64,000 nt of DNA from NCBI RefSeq assembly GCF_006345805.1, contig NC_042998.1:117428001-117492000 (forward strand), in the 5' to 3' direction. Below the pieces are notes generated by a model. That model worked only from the letters and a program-made list of their open reading frames with translations. It was not told where the DNA came from and ran no database searches. Positions 41,501-54,584 of the stretch are shown piece by piece. Both the position numbers and the translations under genes were made by a program. Origin of the DNA: Octopus sinensis. Its lineage: Eukaryota. Position 1 is the stretch's first letter. Each line of letters begins with the position of its first letter.

Positions 41501-42952
41501 CCCATTTAATGTGTGTCTATACGTGTGCGTATGAAAAGAAATATATATATAAGTATAAAATATTCCCTTGTAAATGTGTATGTGTGTGTGCTTATGTGCG
41601 AGTGTGTGAGGGTGCACACATACACATACACAAGTGTGTGCTGATTTTTTAATGATTCATTATGTGAAATCTTTAGCTGTTTGTGTAGGGGGGTGCGTCA
41701 TGTTGCCAGTAATTGATATATGCACTTGTTCTCTTACACTTGTCGTTTTATTGATATTATTTAGTTATCTAATTAATTAACCATCAAGTGACTGATTGTT
41801 TCGATTAATCGTTTGATCAACCACAAATAGAAAAAATCATTTGGTTAGTCAGACTTTTCCGTTGGCATTGGTGACCTAATAAATGGCTTGATGTGTTTAC
41901 GCCAATCATATCTTGTTATATCCAAACGCCGTTTCGTCACACTCATATTCATTTCTAACGCTGTTGGACCCTCTGCATGATTGTTGTTGATATAAGTGCT
42001 GTTTATCTATAGTATATTCTGCCACTTATTATTGTCCTTCGTCTAAAATAACTCCAGCTGATATGTCTGACACACACTGTCACGTCGTGATGTGGATTTG
42101 AGAAAGTCTTTAAGAATAAATAGTTAATAGAAAAAATGTTAGGTATGTTAGCACGATAGCCATGGCATGTACAAGTTTCATTTCATAACTATATATCTAA
42201 ATTGAAAGTGACCAAAATCCGATATAATAACCTTGGTTCTTCCAAATCTCTTTATCGTTACACCATGTGTTGTTTCACTTTTGCACAGAAAATTTTCTGG
42301 AAACTTCCTTGACTTATAATAAAATTTGGAGCCCTAGGGTTACATATCTAATGCAATATAACGTTTTAAAATTTTACTTAGAAAAACAATTCTATGTCGC
42401 TTATTTTTAAGAAATCTTTCAATATTCCTATTCTTCACAGTAAAGTTATACGTTCTACTAGCAAACGCAGCCTTCCTTTGGGCGGTATAAATTGCTATGG
42501 CGATATGTTTCACCAAATACTTGAGATACCGAAGGTTTTCCATTAACCTAGATAAACGGAAAAACCAAGTTGAAAGTTGGTTATTCTAAGGTCTTTTCGC
42601 TTTAATGATCATAGAAGATATAAGTTTGCAAGCGATGCTAAGTAGAGCTACTGAAATGTTTTGAGTGTGGATTTCGGATACTGACTACACAATAAAGTTG
42701 TTTTACATGAAAACAAAATTCCTCGTTAGAAACAACCACATAAATGGTGTAAGGAAATTGAAGGAAGACGTTGAAACTTTCCTGCTGCGAGTTTACTTTA
42801 TTCAACAGTAAAAGGGCTATTTTCACGGAGAGAAGTATGATCGGTACGTCCAAAAGAGGCAATAAAATATCTACTTTAAAAAGTAGAATTAAAGTGAAGA
42901 GTTTGATGTCAGTTCACGAATACCGCTTTGAATCTTTAGCAGTTCACAGTGA

Positions 42953-43008
42953 AAAACCGCTAAGCATTTCGCCCGGCGTACTAACGATTCTGCCAGCCCA
43001 CCGCCTTA
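42953..43008 (-). mobile_element. SINE tRNA head fragment
   Basis: gcatttcgcccggcgtactaacgattctgccagcccaccgcctt matches 13861-13904. Confidence 0.8.
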
Positions 43009-43289
43009 ATATAGCAACGATATTGTATCATCTATGTACATAGCATAGAGCCATCATTAAACATAAGTGAGGATATTTAAATACAAATAAAATTATATTG
43101 CTTAAACAAATGTTATTCCCACTCGCCCTCTACAAATAATGCAGTTTACTGTTCAGTTTCGAAAATTCCTCCACGTGAAGATTTTTCTCAACAGAAAATA
43201 TCCTCTCTGCAGTGAGTTCTACAATCGCATAATTACTATGAAATTCTGATCTGCGAAACTGAAATTCCTTGCTATACTGGCACTCACTC

Positions 43290-43598
43290 TGTTACAACAA
43301 CAATGGCTCTTTTTGATCCGATCAACAGAATAGTCTGCTCGTGAAATTAACGTGACAAGTGGTTAAGCACTCCACAGACAAGCGTGTCCTTAACGTCATT
43401 CTTAGGGAGATTACAGCGTGACAGAGTGTGTGACAAGACTGGCCCTTCCAATAACGGTGCCAATCGCATTTGCTAGCTCGGTGGACTGCAACAACGAGAA
43501 ATAAATTTGACAAAGGAGACAACAAGCCACCAGTAATCCAACTCACGATCTAACAATCGTGAAATGAGTACTGTAGCCGCTAGGCCAGGCACCTTCAT
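43290..43598 (-). mobile_element. tRNA-derived SINE (3' region shared with 3232-3612)
   Basis: gatccgatcaac...gtgaaattaacgtgacaagtggttaagcactcc...cagcgtgacagag. Confidence 0.7.
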
Positions 43599-45228
43599 TC
43601 CATGCTATATAATGACCATATCGAACACTTTATACAAACTTGCTGCCGGTAATTAAGTAAATATCACATTTATTATATAATCGTATACGTCTAGTTCATT
43701 GGAAGAGTGTTAGTGTTTATAGCCATCTGAATTCAAAATGGATTTCAATTATTAGTTATAAATTTAAAAAAAAGAATACTGATAACAATCGAGTTAATCT
43801 AACAGTATATTATGCCTCGGGCAATGGGGATATTAGGCGTATGCTACATGTGTTGATGCTGTGAGATAAAAAATAGAAAAATAAAACGAGTCAGAATGAT
43901 AAATCTATTTAGTGAGAAGAGAAAATAATGGAACAGATTCTGTTGTGATTAATGTATTCCTCAGTATAATCTTCATATGTCATTTTACGTTGCTGATTAA
44001 TTGTTTAAATACCATGTTTTTGTCCTTCGTAGATATTTTAATTCAGAGACCGTTAACATTGTCCAAAAATGGTAAATACATGAGATAGATAGACAGATAA
44101 ATAGGGTGAAATAGGTGCAATGCGTCTGTATATATATATATATATTACAAAAACAGAAAATATATTGCTTTATTTGTTTAGGAAATTTACGTTTATATAA
44201 AGGTTACTTACAGTCAAAGATCTTAAAATATCCAGCCTGTCATGTATAATAAACTAAAACAAAGGATGTACTGATGTTTTCCCTGATAGCGTAACGAGAA
44301 AATATTGCCAGAAGTCTGTAATAGTAATAAGATATATAATACATTTCGAGAAAGTTATATTTGTAGGCTCCTACCAACGTTAGTAAACATAAAATAAAAT
44401 GTTTATATACACACAAATACTCAAACATGCACACACACGCACACACACACACTCACATACAGTCGTTTCTCAAAGCGGCTTATGGATAAATAGTGTCCAT
44501 ATATCACATTCTCCAAATTAATAAGTGAAAATGACACACCGTTTCAGAAACGCATCATTCAATTTAGTTTTTATGTTAAAACTCATATGATCTAATGTGC
44601 TGTCTTGTTCACAGCCTATATACGGTAATTTTCTATCCAACAAACCCAAGAAATGAATGGTTTTCCAAGATATATAAAGAACCCTAACACCGTTATGAAA
44701 TAGAAGTATTTGCAAAGCGGACTATTTCATCATATTTGTGAGATAAATTATTTCAGTGCATCCAGAAAGGTAAGTTGTTTTGTAAATAAAAGATAGGAGA
44801 TGTTAATGACTTTAGCTACATTGCCGATTAATATTATCAGAAAATATAGAATTATCGAGGGCAGTGATTTATTGAATGTACAAATGTACACGTCGCACAC
44901 AATTTGTTGTTGCTTTTTGTAAAACGTTAATTGGTGAAGCGTTAATGAATTGAAGAGGTGTTATTGTAGGAAATATCTAAATAGAAATAAGATCGGTGAG
45001 CGTTTAACATCTTAAAATGTTACACATTTTCAGAAGGAGAGCTATAATTGTCCTCAGAATATTATCCGTGCGCATTTACCAACCTCAAAAATAACAATTA
45101 TATAGGATTGAACGAAATATAAGGAAATCTGAATTAACACTATTTGAAATTTAAAATGATAAAACGAAGTAAACCGATGGAAATTGATTTTTAAAAATAC
45201 GTGATTGAACATCTTTATCACCTACCCT

Positions 45229-45447
45229 ACGTGTAGGTGTTTAAATGTTCCTTGCTTGAGTAACAGAACATACAGGAGAATCAGTTAATTATGATTTTTT
45301 TCAACATATTTCCCTCCCAAATTCACACAATTATTGTAACGGTCCTTCAGTTTTCCAAAACCCTGTAAAAGAACTCAACTTTGGGGACTCCAGCCAGGCC
45401 TTCCGCGACACCCTTTAATCCAGGAGCGTATCAGCTTCCATCTCGTA
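45229..45447 (-). mobile_element. Mariner-derived MITE
   Basis: Degenerate TIRs starting TACG at both ends. The internal minus-strand remnant FFYRVLEN...EGNMLK resembles a mariner C-terminus. Confidence 0.55.
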
Positions 45448-45891
45448 CAACATCTATGAAACAAAATACATACGGAAGGAAAATATATCTATAATTCAAA
45501 GCATGTAATTTATTCTGGTTATCTATATTTGCTGCAATATTTACATATAGTTTATTTTGATAATATTATAGATTATGTTTAAAATCCTAAACAAAAGATA
45601 ATGTACAAATGCACCTAGTTACCTCCGAAACTATTATTTTTCTCAAAATAAAAATTTACAAAATAAACTATAAATGTTTGCATCCATGTTTGAGATATAT
45701 CTCGTTTCAGCTGTATTAATAATAAAAAAGAATACCAAAATACAATATTTGGGAATCAATACTTCGTATTCATTTGATATTTATTACAATTTACAGGTGC
45801 TATTCTTCGAACTTGTGTGGCTATAATTATAAATTGTTAATATATGTATCTGTGTGTGTGTGTGTGTGTGTGTGTGTATTTATATGCACAT

Positions 45892-46065
45892 AGGCGCAGG
45901 CGAGGCTGTGTGGTAAGAAATTTGCTTCCCAACCACATGGTACCGAGTTCAGTCCTCAGTCCCACTGCGTGGCACCTTCAGCAGGTGTTTTCTGGTAGAT
46001 CCTCGAGCCTACCAAAGCGTTGTCAGCGGATTTGGTAGACGGAAACTGAAAGAAGCCAGTCGTAT
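45892..46065 (+). mobile_element. tRNA-derived SINE 5' half
   Basis: ggcgcagg...ggctgtgtggtaagaaatttgcttcccaaccacatggtaccgagttcag...ggatttggtagacggaaactgaaagaagcc. Confidence 0.85.
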
Positions 46066-46074
46066 ATAAATAAA

Positions 46075-46151
<77 letters not shown>

Positions 46152-46203
46152 CTCTCTCTCCTCTATATATATATATATATATATAATATATATATATATA
46201 TAT

Positions 46204-46355
46204 AGGCTCGAGGATCTACAGAACACACCTGGTGAAGGTGCCACGCAGTGGGACTGAGGACTGAACCCGGTACCATGTGGTTGGGAAGCAAATTTCTTAC
46301 CACACAGGCCTGCGCCTATGTGCATATAAATACATACACACACACACACACACAT
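46204..46355 (-). repeat. Inverted duplicate of adjacent DNA 45855-46011
   Basis: Copies the SINE head, its upstream flank (tgtatttatatgcacatagg) and the local agtcctcagtccc stutter. Confidence 0.85.
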
Positions 46356-46442
46356 ATATATATATTTATATAATATATATATATATTATATGAAAAAACA
46401 AGTAAAAATAAAAATGCTAAAATAATTTTATAGTGAACATTT

Positions 46443-46479
46443 CAGTACCGGTTTCGGTCATTTTGAGACCTTTCAACTG
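46443..46479 (-). ncRNA. Hammerhead variant in the inverted pseudo-LTR (core one A short)
   Basis: cag TTGAAA GGTC tcaaaat GACC GAAA CCGG TA ctg. Confidence 0.65.
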
Positions 46480-49400
46480 TAACGATTAAATAATTAAATT
46501 AGAAAAATTAGAAGAAAAGTTTTTTTAAAAGAATATTTCTCTATAGTAGTGTTCAGATTTAAGTGGCATTCTGCCTTTCTCTGACTCCCTTGTTTGCACT
46601 TGTGTGTTCGAGGTAGTTGTGAGCTCTTGGTAGGTAGTAGAGAGAAGGCTGGTGAGGAAAGGGGGTGGGAGAATCTGGGAGTGCCCTGATGGTCGTATTT
46701 TGAATGGTCAGTGGCGGCTGGCAGTCTCAGTTCAATTCAGGAGAATATTTATATTGACAGGCTTCTTTATAGAATTAGCGTAGGTGTTATACTAAAAAAC
46801 ATTAGTGACGAACTTAAGGGTAGGGTAGGGGGTGGAGAAGAAGAGAAGAAGAAGAAGAAGAAGGAGAAGGAGAAGGAGAAGATGACGATGATGGTGATGG
46901 TGGTGATGATTATGACGACGATGATGATGATAACGATGATGATGAAGAAGAAGAAGAAGAAGAAGAAGGAGGAGAAGGAGAAGATGGTGGTGATGATGGT
47001 GGAGATGATGATGATGCCGATGATGATGATAACGATGATGATGAAGAAGAAGAGGAAGAGGAAGAAGAAGAAAAAAACAGAGAAGGGAGAATATGATGTA
47101 AATATAGCTATGAAGGGGCTGATTAGTAATGGATTCTATTGAGTGTAGTATTTGTGTGTGTATATATTTTTTCTTTTATTCTAAGGTTGAGGTATATTAA
47201 TGTTTGTCGTAGACCCGTTAAGAAGTGGCTTGTATTTTGTAATAAAGAGATTTTCTTTACTTATTCGTTGTCTCGAGGTTGTATCGTCCCTAAATTGGTA
47301 GAGGGGGAAAATCTGAAGTTTGGTGTTTTTTTTGTTGGCGCAAGTATCTATGTGTTGGCTAAAAGCTATTTTTCTGTTTTGGGGAATTTTTATCTGGGAT
47401 TCTGTGCAGGGCCATTCGTTTACGCAAACCATTTTTGTGTTGGCCTATGTACTGCTCTTGACACCGGAGCAGGTTAGTGAGTATATTAGGTTCTCCGAAG
47501 CACATGTGAAGTGCTGTTCACTGTAAAACGTTGTCCCTGTTTGAAGGAGAACTCAGAACCCTCGATTAGATAGTCGCATATCCCGCAATTGGGTCTTCCA
47601 CATTTTTTACTGTCGGCTTCTGTGTGAAGAGTGAATTCGGGTTGTGTAAGGAGCCTTTTCATGGATCTAGGCTGTCTTTTGCTTTTTATGATCGTGTGTG
47701 TTTGGAGGATTGTGTACATTCTGTGTCTTTTTTTAGGAGGGGTATGTTGTGGAGGATGGTATCGAAGGCTTCGTTATTGAGAGGGTTGTGTGTGGAGATG
47801 TATGGTAAGGCTTTTGGTTGTAAGTTTTTCTTTGATTTGGGATGTCTCAGTTCCTTGATGTTAAGTTGAAGGGCACGTGAATGCATTTGTCAATAAGTGA
47901 AGGTGGATAGTTCCTGGTGATTAGGGTATCTTTTAGTTCTTGTAGTCGTGTGTCTCTGGTGTTTGCGTTAGAGACTATAGTGCATATCCTTTTGCTAGAT
48001 TGAAGGGGATATTCATCCTGGTGTGTCTGGGGTGGCATGAATTGAATGGAAGATATTGCTTAGAGTCTGTAGGCTTATAGTATATGTCTGTTTCTATTAT
48101 ATTATTAGCTTTCTTAATGAGGATATCGAGGAAGGGGAGTTGTTGTTGGCTATATTCCATCGTGAATTGGATGTTTACGTCCAGTCCGTTTAAAATATTC
48201 TGGAATTCTATGAGTTTTTCTATATTTTTATGCCAAAGGATGAAACAGTCATCTAGATATCTCTTCCAGTTGTTTTCTATGTAGATGGAGAAAGGGCTGC
48301 CATATCTTTCTAGAACCTTACGATACAGACTGATCTCTAGGTATCCTATGACTAGGTTGGCAAAGGAGGGGGCCATTCGTGTACCCATCGAAAAAGAAGA
48401 ACTGTGAAAAAGAAGAACTAAAATCTCTCCAACGCTGGGAGAAAGCGCCACTTGGTTCTCAGACTATGAAGCCGTCTTTCAAACAGAGCACGCCTCCAAC
48501 AAACCCTTCCAGAAATAAGAAAACCAAAAACACCCCAAACACCGATACACACCTCTCTAAAAATCGGAACCTTCACTACTATCAAAAAAAGAATACAGGA
48601 CCTAACCCTAACTCTGTAAGCAGCCAGCGATACAATATCAGGAATACCCCCCAATCAAGCAGAGAAAGGATAAATCAACACCCACAGCATAGACACTGCA
48701 ACCTCATCCCCACCAAAGGAGTTACCAACGAAATCTTCGTCCCATTAACCGGTTTAAACAACCATGCACAACAAACCCACACCACTTGCAATGATTACCA
48801 AGGAAGGCCTCCTAGAACACCACACCCGAATATGGGATATCGGGATGCTCTCCTCAATACTGCTCCAAGAACACACACCATAAATCAAACAGGAGACCCC
48901 TAATCACAAAGAACAACTATATAAAAGCTACCGTCCCAACCACCGCATTCATTTTTTAGACCCAATACGCAAACACAGAGACACAAGATAGCACCAAACA
49001 AGCAGGAGGAACCAAAAGTAATAAAAATTATTAATCTAACTCACAAGGAACTAACAGCAAACCAAATAAACATACTTTCCAAAGGACTCAAGTTTACACC
49101 CACCCCACAACAACCCAACTACAATGAAATGAAAGAAGACATCGCAGAATTCTGCAGAAAATTAAGACTTACTGAGGAGCTATACGATAAATACAACGAG
49201 GACGAATCGTTAGCCAGAAATAGGAGTAACTACACCCCCTCGAAAGGTAAGAATAAAACACTTGATGATTTCTGTGACCACATATCAAATTACCCATATC
49301 AACATATGCACAAACAAAAACACAAACCAAACTTCAGCAAAAAAGAATGGGCTGAGTTGAACAAATTAAAACTAGATAAAACAATAACAATCAAAGAGGC

Positions 49401-51990
49401 CGATAAAGGGAGTGCTGTTGTCTTAATGGATACGACATTTTACATAACTTTGGTACTTTCTATGCTGGAAGACACAACATACTATGAAAAGGCACAAAAC
49501 TACAGTCAACAAAAAATAATGAGGGAACTAAAATCCATATTAAACCCATACAAAGCAGGGCTAACCGACAAAGAATATGATTATATGACCAATTTCACAA
49601 GTAAAACTAGCCATTCTACGGTATACCTAAGATCCACAAAAGTGAAAAAATAAGCAACGCATGCAAGATAGCTACAGACAAAATAATTAAAGTCCCTAAT
49701 CCTAATGACCTCAAATTGAGACCCATAATAGCAGGTCCCGCATGCGAAACCCACCGCCTCAGTAACTTTTTAGACACCCTGTTAAAACCACTCCTCAAAC
49801 ATGTCAAAAGCTAATAAGGGACGACTAGATATGCTCAATCACCTACCGAATATATAAACAAAAACACCATACTGGTATCCTTCGATGTAGTCAACCTCTA
49901 CTCCAATATCCCCCACAACCTAGGACTAGAGGCAATCCAATTCTGGCTAGAGAATCACGCCAACGAAAACTACCACACCGCATCAAAAAAGAATTTGTGA
50001 TAGAAGGGGTTAAATTCATCCTGGAAAATAACTTCTTCGCCTTCAATGACAACTTCTAACCGACAAAAATCGGGGACTGCGATGGGTACACGAATGGCCC
50101 TCTCCTTTGCCAACTAGTCATAGGATACCTAGAGATCAGTCTGTATCGTAAGGTTCTAGAAGATATGGCAGCCCTTTCTCCATCTACATAGAAAAACAAA
50201 CTGGAAGAGATATCTAGATGACTGTTTCATCCTTTGGCATAAAAAATAGAAAAACTCATAGAATTCCAGAATATTTTAAACGGACTGGACGTAAACATCC
50301 AATTCACGATGGAATATAGCCAACAACAACTCCCCTTCCTCGATATCCTCATTAAGAAAGCTAATAATATAATAGAAACAGACATATACTATAAGCCTAC
50401 AGACTCTAAGCAATATCTTCCATTCAATTCATGCCACCCCAGACACACCAGGATGAATATCCCCTTCAATCTAGCAAAAAGGATATGCACTATAGTCTCT
50501 AACGCAAAACCAGAGACACACGACTACAAGAACTAAAAGATACCCTAATCACCAGGAACTATCCACCTTCACTTATTGACAAATGCATTCAACGTGCCCT
50601 TCAACTTAACATCAAGGAACTGAGACATCCCAAATCAAGAAAAAACTTACAACCAAAAGCCTTACCATACATCTCCACACACAACCCTCTCAATAACGAA
50701 GCCTTCGACACCATCCTCCACAACATACCCCTCCTAAAAAAAGACCACAGAATGAACACAATCCTCCAAACACACACGATCATAAAAAGCAAAAGACAGC
50801 CTAGATCCATGAAAAGTCTCCTTACACAAGCCCGAATTCACTCTTCAACACAGAAGCCGACAGTAAAAAAATGTGGAAGACCCAATTACGGGATATGCGA
50901 CTATCTAATCGAGGGTTTGAGTTCTCCTTCAAACAGGGACAACGTTTTACAGTGAACAGCAACTTCACATGTGCTTCGGAGAACCTAATATACTCACTAA
51001 CCTGCTCCGGGTGTCAAGAGCAGTACATAGGCCAAACAAAAAATGGTTTGCGTAAACGAATGGCCCTGCACAGATCCCAGATAAAAATTCCCCAAAACAG
51101 AAAAATAGCTTTTAGCCAACACATAGATACTTGCGCCAACAAAAAAACACCAAACTTCAGAATTTTCCCCCTCTACCAATTTAGGGACGATACAACCTCG
51201 AGACAACGAATAAGTAAAGAAAATCTCTTTATTACAAAATACAAGCCACTTCTTAACGGGTCTACGACAAACAATTAATATACCTCAACCTTAGAATAAA
51301 AGAAAAAAATATATATACACACACAAATACTACACTCAATAGAATCCATTACTAATCAGCCCCTTCATAGCTATATTTACATTCATATTCTCCCTTCTCT
51401 GTTTTTTCTTCTTCTTCCTCTTCCTCTTCTTCTTCATCATCATCGTTATCATCATCATCGGCATCATCATCATCGCCACCATCATCACCACCATCTTCTC
51501 CTTCTCCTCCTTCTTCTTCTTCTTCTTCTTCTTCATCATCATCGTTATCATCATCATCGTCGTCATAATCATCACCACCATCACCATCATCGTCATCTTC
51601 TCCTTCTCCTTCTCCTTCTTCTTCTTCTTCTTCTTCTTCTTCTCCACCCCCTACCCCTTAAGTTCGTCACTAATGTTTTTTAGTATAACACCTACGCTAA
51701 TTCTATAAAGAAGCCTGTCAATATAAATATTCTCCTGAATTGAACTGAGACTGCCAGCCGCCACTGACCATTCAAAATACGACCATCAGGGCACTCCCAG
51801 ATTCTCCCACCCCATTTCCTCACCAGCCTTCTCTCTACTACCCTACCAAGAGCTCACAACTACCTCGAACACACAAGTGCAAACAAGGGAGTCAGAGAAA
51901 GGCAGAATGCCACTTAAATCTGAACACTACTATAGAAATATTCTTTTAAAAAAACTTTTCTTCTAATTTTTCTAAATTTAATTATTTAAT

Positions 51991-52038
51991 CGTTACAGTT
52001 GAAAAGGTCTCAAAATGACCGAAACCGGTACTGAAATG
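51991..52038 (+). ncRNA. Minimal type-I hammerhead ribozyme with U3-A8 core in the Neptune pseudo-LTR
   Basis: cgttacag TTGAAAA GGTC tcaaaat GACC GAAA CCGG TA ctgaaatg. Predicted cleavage after A52030. Confidence 0.85.
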
Positions 52039-52120
52039 TTCACTATAAAATTATTTTAGCATTTTCTATTTTTTACTTTTTTTTTCATATATATCAACTC
52101 GTGTGTTCCTTTTCACCCTT

Positions 52121-52221
<101 letters not shown>

Positions 52222-52244
52222 ATGTATATATTTATGTGTGTGTA

Positions 52245-52450
52245 TCTGTGTCTCTGTTTGTATCTACTACTCGCTTGACAACCGATCATGATGAGTCTAC
52301 GTCCTCATAACTTAGCGGTTGGGCAAAAGGAAACGATATAACTACTAGGCTTAGAAATGATAAGTTTTGAGATTGATTTCTTTAAATATAAAACTTATTA
52401 TATGGTACTGAAGCATGGCCACAATCAAATGACTGAAACAGAGAAGAGAC
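52245..52450 (+). mobile_element. SINE 3' half
   Basis: tcgcttgacaaccgat...taacttagcggtt...agcatggccacaatcaaatgactgaaaca. Confidence 0.7.
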
Positions 52451-52467
52451 TAAAATAATACATATAT

Positions 52468-52613
<146 letters not shown>

Positions 52614-53125
52614 TTGTGTCTTATTATGAACAAGAAGGTAAATAGGACTGCAATAGAAGCGCTCAAAAGCACTATATGTGATTTAATGTTCGAAGAGATG
52701 TGATATGTTAGGTGGATGACCTTGAAACATATAGGCTATAGTAGAAGACACAGGTGAACGTAGTGGCACTCAACCCCGGACTATGTGGTTTGTAAGCAAG
52801 CTACTTACCGCTCGACCATATACGTATACATATATGTATATATATATATATATGTGTGTGTGTATGTGTGTGTGTGTGTAAATACATATGTCTATGTCTG
52901 TACCAAAATATACTTACATGATTTTATTTTCATAAATACGCGAAGTCGTCTCCCTTGTCAGTCAACTGATATGTGTTTTGCCTGAGGCTAATTCCTGTTT
53001 TGTAACTTAGTTCTAGCAATGCTGGTGCTGACTTGCGCCCTTAATCACGATTGTACTTCATATTAAAATTGCGACTGACTACCTATATAATTTATACACA
53101 TATCATGCATATATATAGATACAAA

Positions 53126-53440
53126 CACTGCGTGGCACCTTGGGCAAGTGTCTTCTACCATAGTCTCGGGCCGACCAAAGACTTGTGAGTGGATTTGGTA
53201 CATGGAAACTGAAAGAAGCCCGTCGTATACATGTGAGTGTATGCTTGTGTGTCTGTGTTTGTACCCCCACCATCGCTTGGCAACCGATATTGATGTGTTT
53301 ATATTCTGGTAAACCTTGCGGCAAAAGGGACCGAGAGATTATTAGTAGGATTACAAAAAACAAGTTATACTGACGATTTGTTCAAATAAAGACGATGCTC
53401 AAGCATGGCCTAATTCGAAACGACTGAAACAAATAAAATT
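53126..53440 (+). mobile_element. SINE lacking its tRNA head
   Basis: cactgcgtggcaccttgggcaagtgtcttc...ggaaactgaaagaagcccgtcg...agcatggcc...gactgaaaca. Confidence 0.8.
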
Positions 53441-53636
53441 TTAAAAAATAAAAGGAAACTACACACACATACACTTTTATATGAAACGACATATTTGTCT
53501 GGCCAGTATTAACACATATCTCTTATTTCATGACCTACAATTATAAAGTATATCTTCTCCTCTTTAAGCTGTACAACGACTAATTGTCATAACTTGAACA
53601 AATATAATTCTGGATTTATATATTAGCAGCTGCGTA

Positions 53637-53869
53637 GGAAGGCGGCGAGCTGGCAGAAAAGATAGCACCCCGGGCGAAATGAGTAGCCGTATTTCGTCTG
53701 CCGTTACGTTCTGAGTTCAAATTCCACCGAGATCGACTTTGCCTTTCATCCTTTCAGGGTCAATAAATTAAGTACTAGTTATGCACTGGGGTCGATGTAA
53801 TCGACTTAATCCGTTTGTATGTCCTTGTTTGTCCACTCTGTGTTTAGCCCCTTGAGGGTAGTAAAGAAA
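53637..53869 (+). mobile_element. Full-length tRNA-derived SINE with perfect 20-bp TSD
   Basis: Same family as 13678-13905. TSD tatatattagcagctgcgta at 53617-53636 and 53870-53889. Confidence 0.92.
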
Positions 53870-54271
53870 TATATATTAGCAGCTGCGTACACTCAACGGA
53901 ATACTAGCTAGTTGTGCTTGATTAAATTTAAATTGGCCTGATGAGCCAGGAAAACTACATAACGTATGTTGCAATCTATCTTGACTACATGAAAATAATG
54001 AGTTCTATCGAAACTACCTTCAGAAGTTTAAACACCAATCATCTGCGGTTTCCTTTATACACACACACACACATATATACATATAACTTTTTTTTCAGAC
54101 CAGAGCGCAGACGCAAACCATACCCGGCGAACAGAGAGGATGTCGGTAAAAATTTACGAGCAAATTTATCGAGTAATATTTAAAACAGTAAATAGGGTCT
54201 GAAAACTTAGAGTATACAGATCGTTAGATTTCCACGTGCTTCTAGCGATATGTACAGCTTGGATTATAAAG

Positions 54272-54356
54272 GCTACCTGCTGACGAGTCTGGCCTTGGCA
54301 GATGAATTCTATTCATTTGCTAAAAAGAAGAGACGAAACTGCAGTACAGGATTAGC
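54272..54356 (+). ncRNA. Canonical type-I hammerhead ribozyme
   Basis: gcta-cctg CTGACGA GTCT...AGAC GAAA CTGCAG TA cagg-at-tagc. Helix II is extended by the ttggcagatgaat/attcatttgctaa hairpin. Predicted cleavage after A54346. Confidence 0.9.
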
Positions 54357-54584
54357 TGAGATGGTAAACGTTTTTGATTTTCATTCCATTTCATGAATTA
54401 TGCCCTCTTTGCGTATCTAGCACTTGCTTCTGTATTTGGAAGCCTTTTAATGTATTTATATATGAATAACGTATAGTCTAATGACTAATCCGTCTTTTGT
54501 GCTAGGTCACTGGTAATAATAATTTATTTTTATTACCCTATTTACTATGTTTTATATATATATATATATATAGATATAGATATA

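Larger units (their letters stand above)
46390..52113 (+). mobile_element. Neptune-type Penelope-like retroelement (RT, Cys linker, C-terminal GIY-YIG) with a 2-kb inverted 5' copy, in (TA)n
   Basis: Plus ORF ~48390-51278: KGLKFTPTP, IKEADKGSAVV, RPIIAGPAC, SFDVVNLYSNIP, GTAMGTRMA, WKRYLDDCF, LPFLDI, YYKPTD, KCGRPNCGIC (intact in the inverted arm), LIYSLTCSGCQEQYIGQT. 46390-48390 is the reverse complement of 50080-~52088. Confidence 0.95.

Noticed and set aside
42340-42900. Possible exon or hAT-like fragment
   Set aside because: Short frames with only vague similarity; not supportable.
53935-54030. CTGATGA followed by two GAAA candidates
   Set aside because: Helices I and III cannot be formed convincingly.
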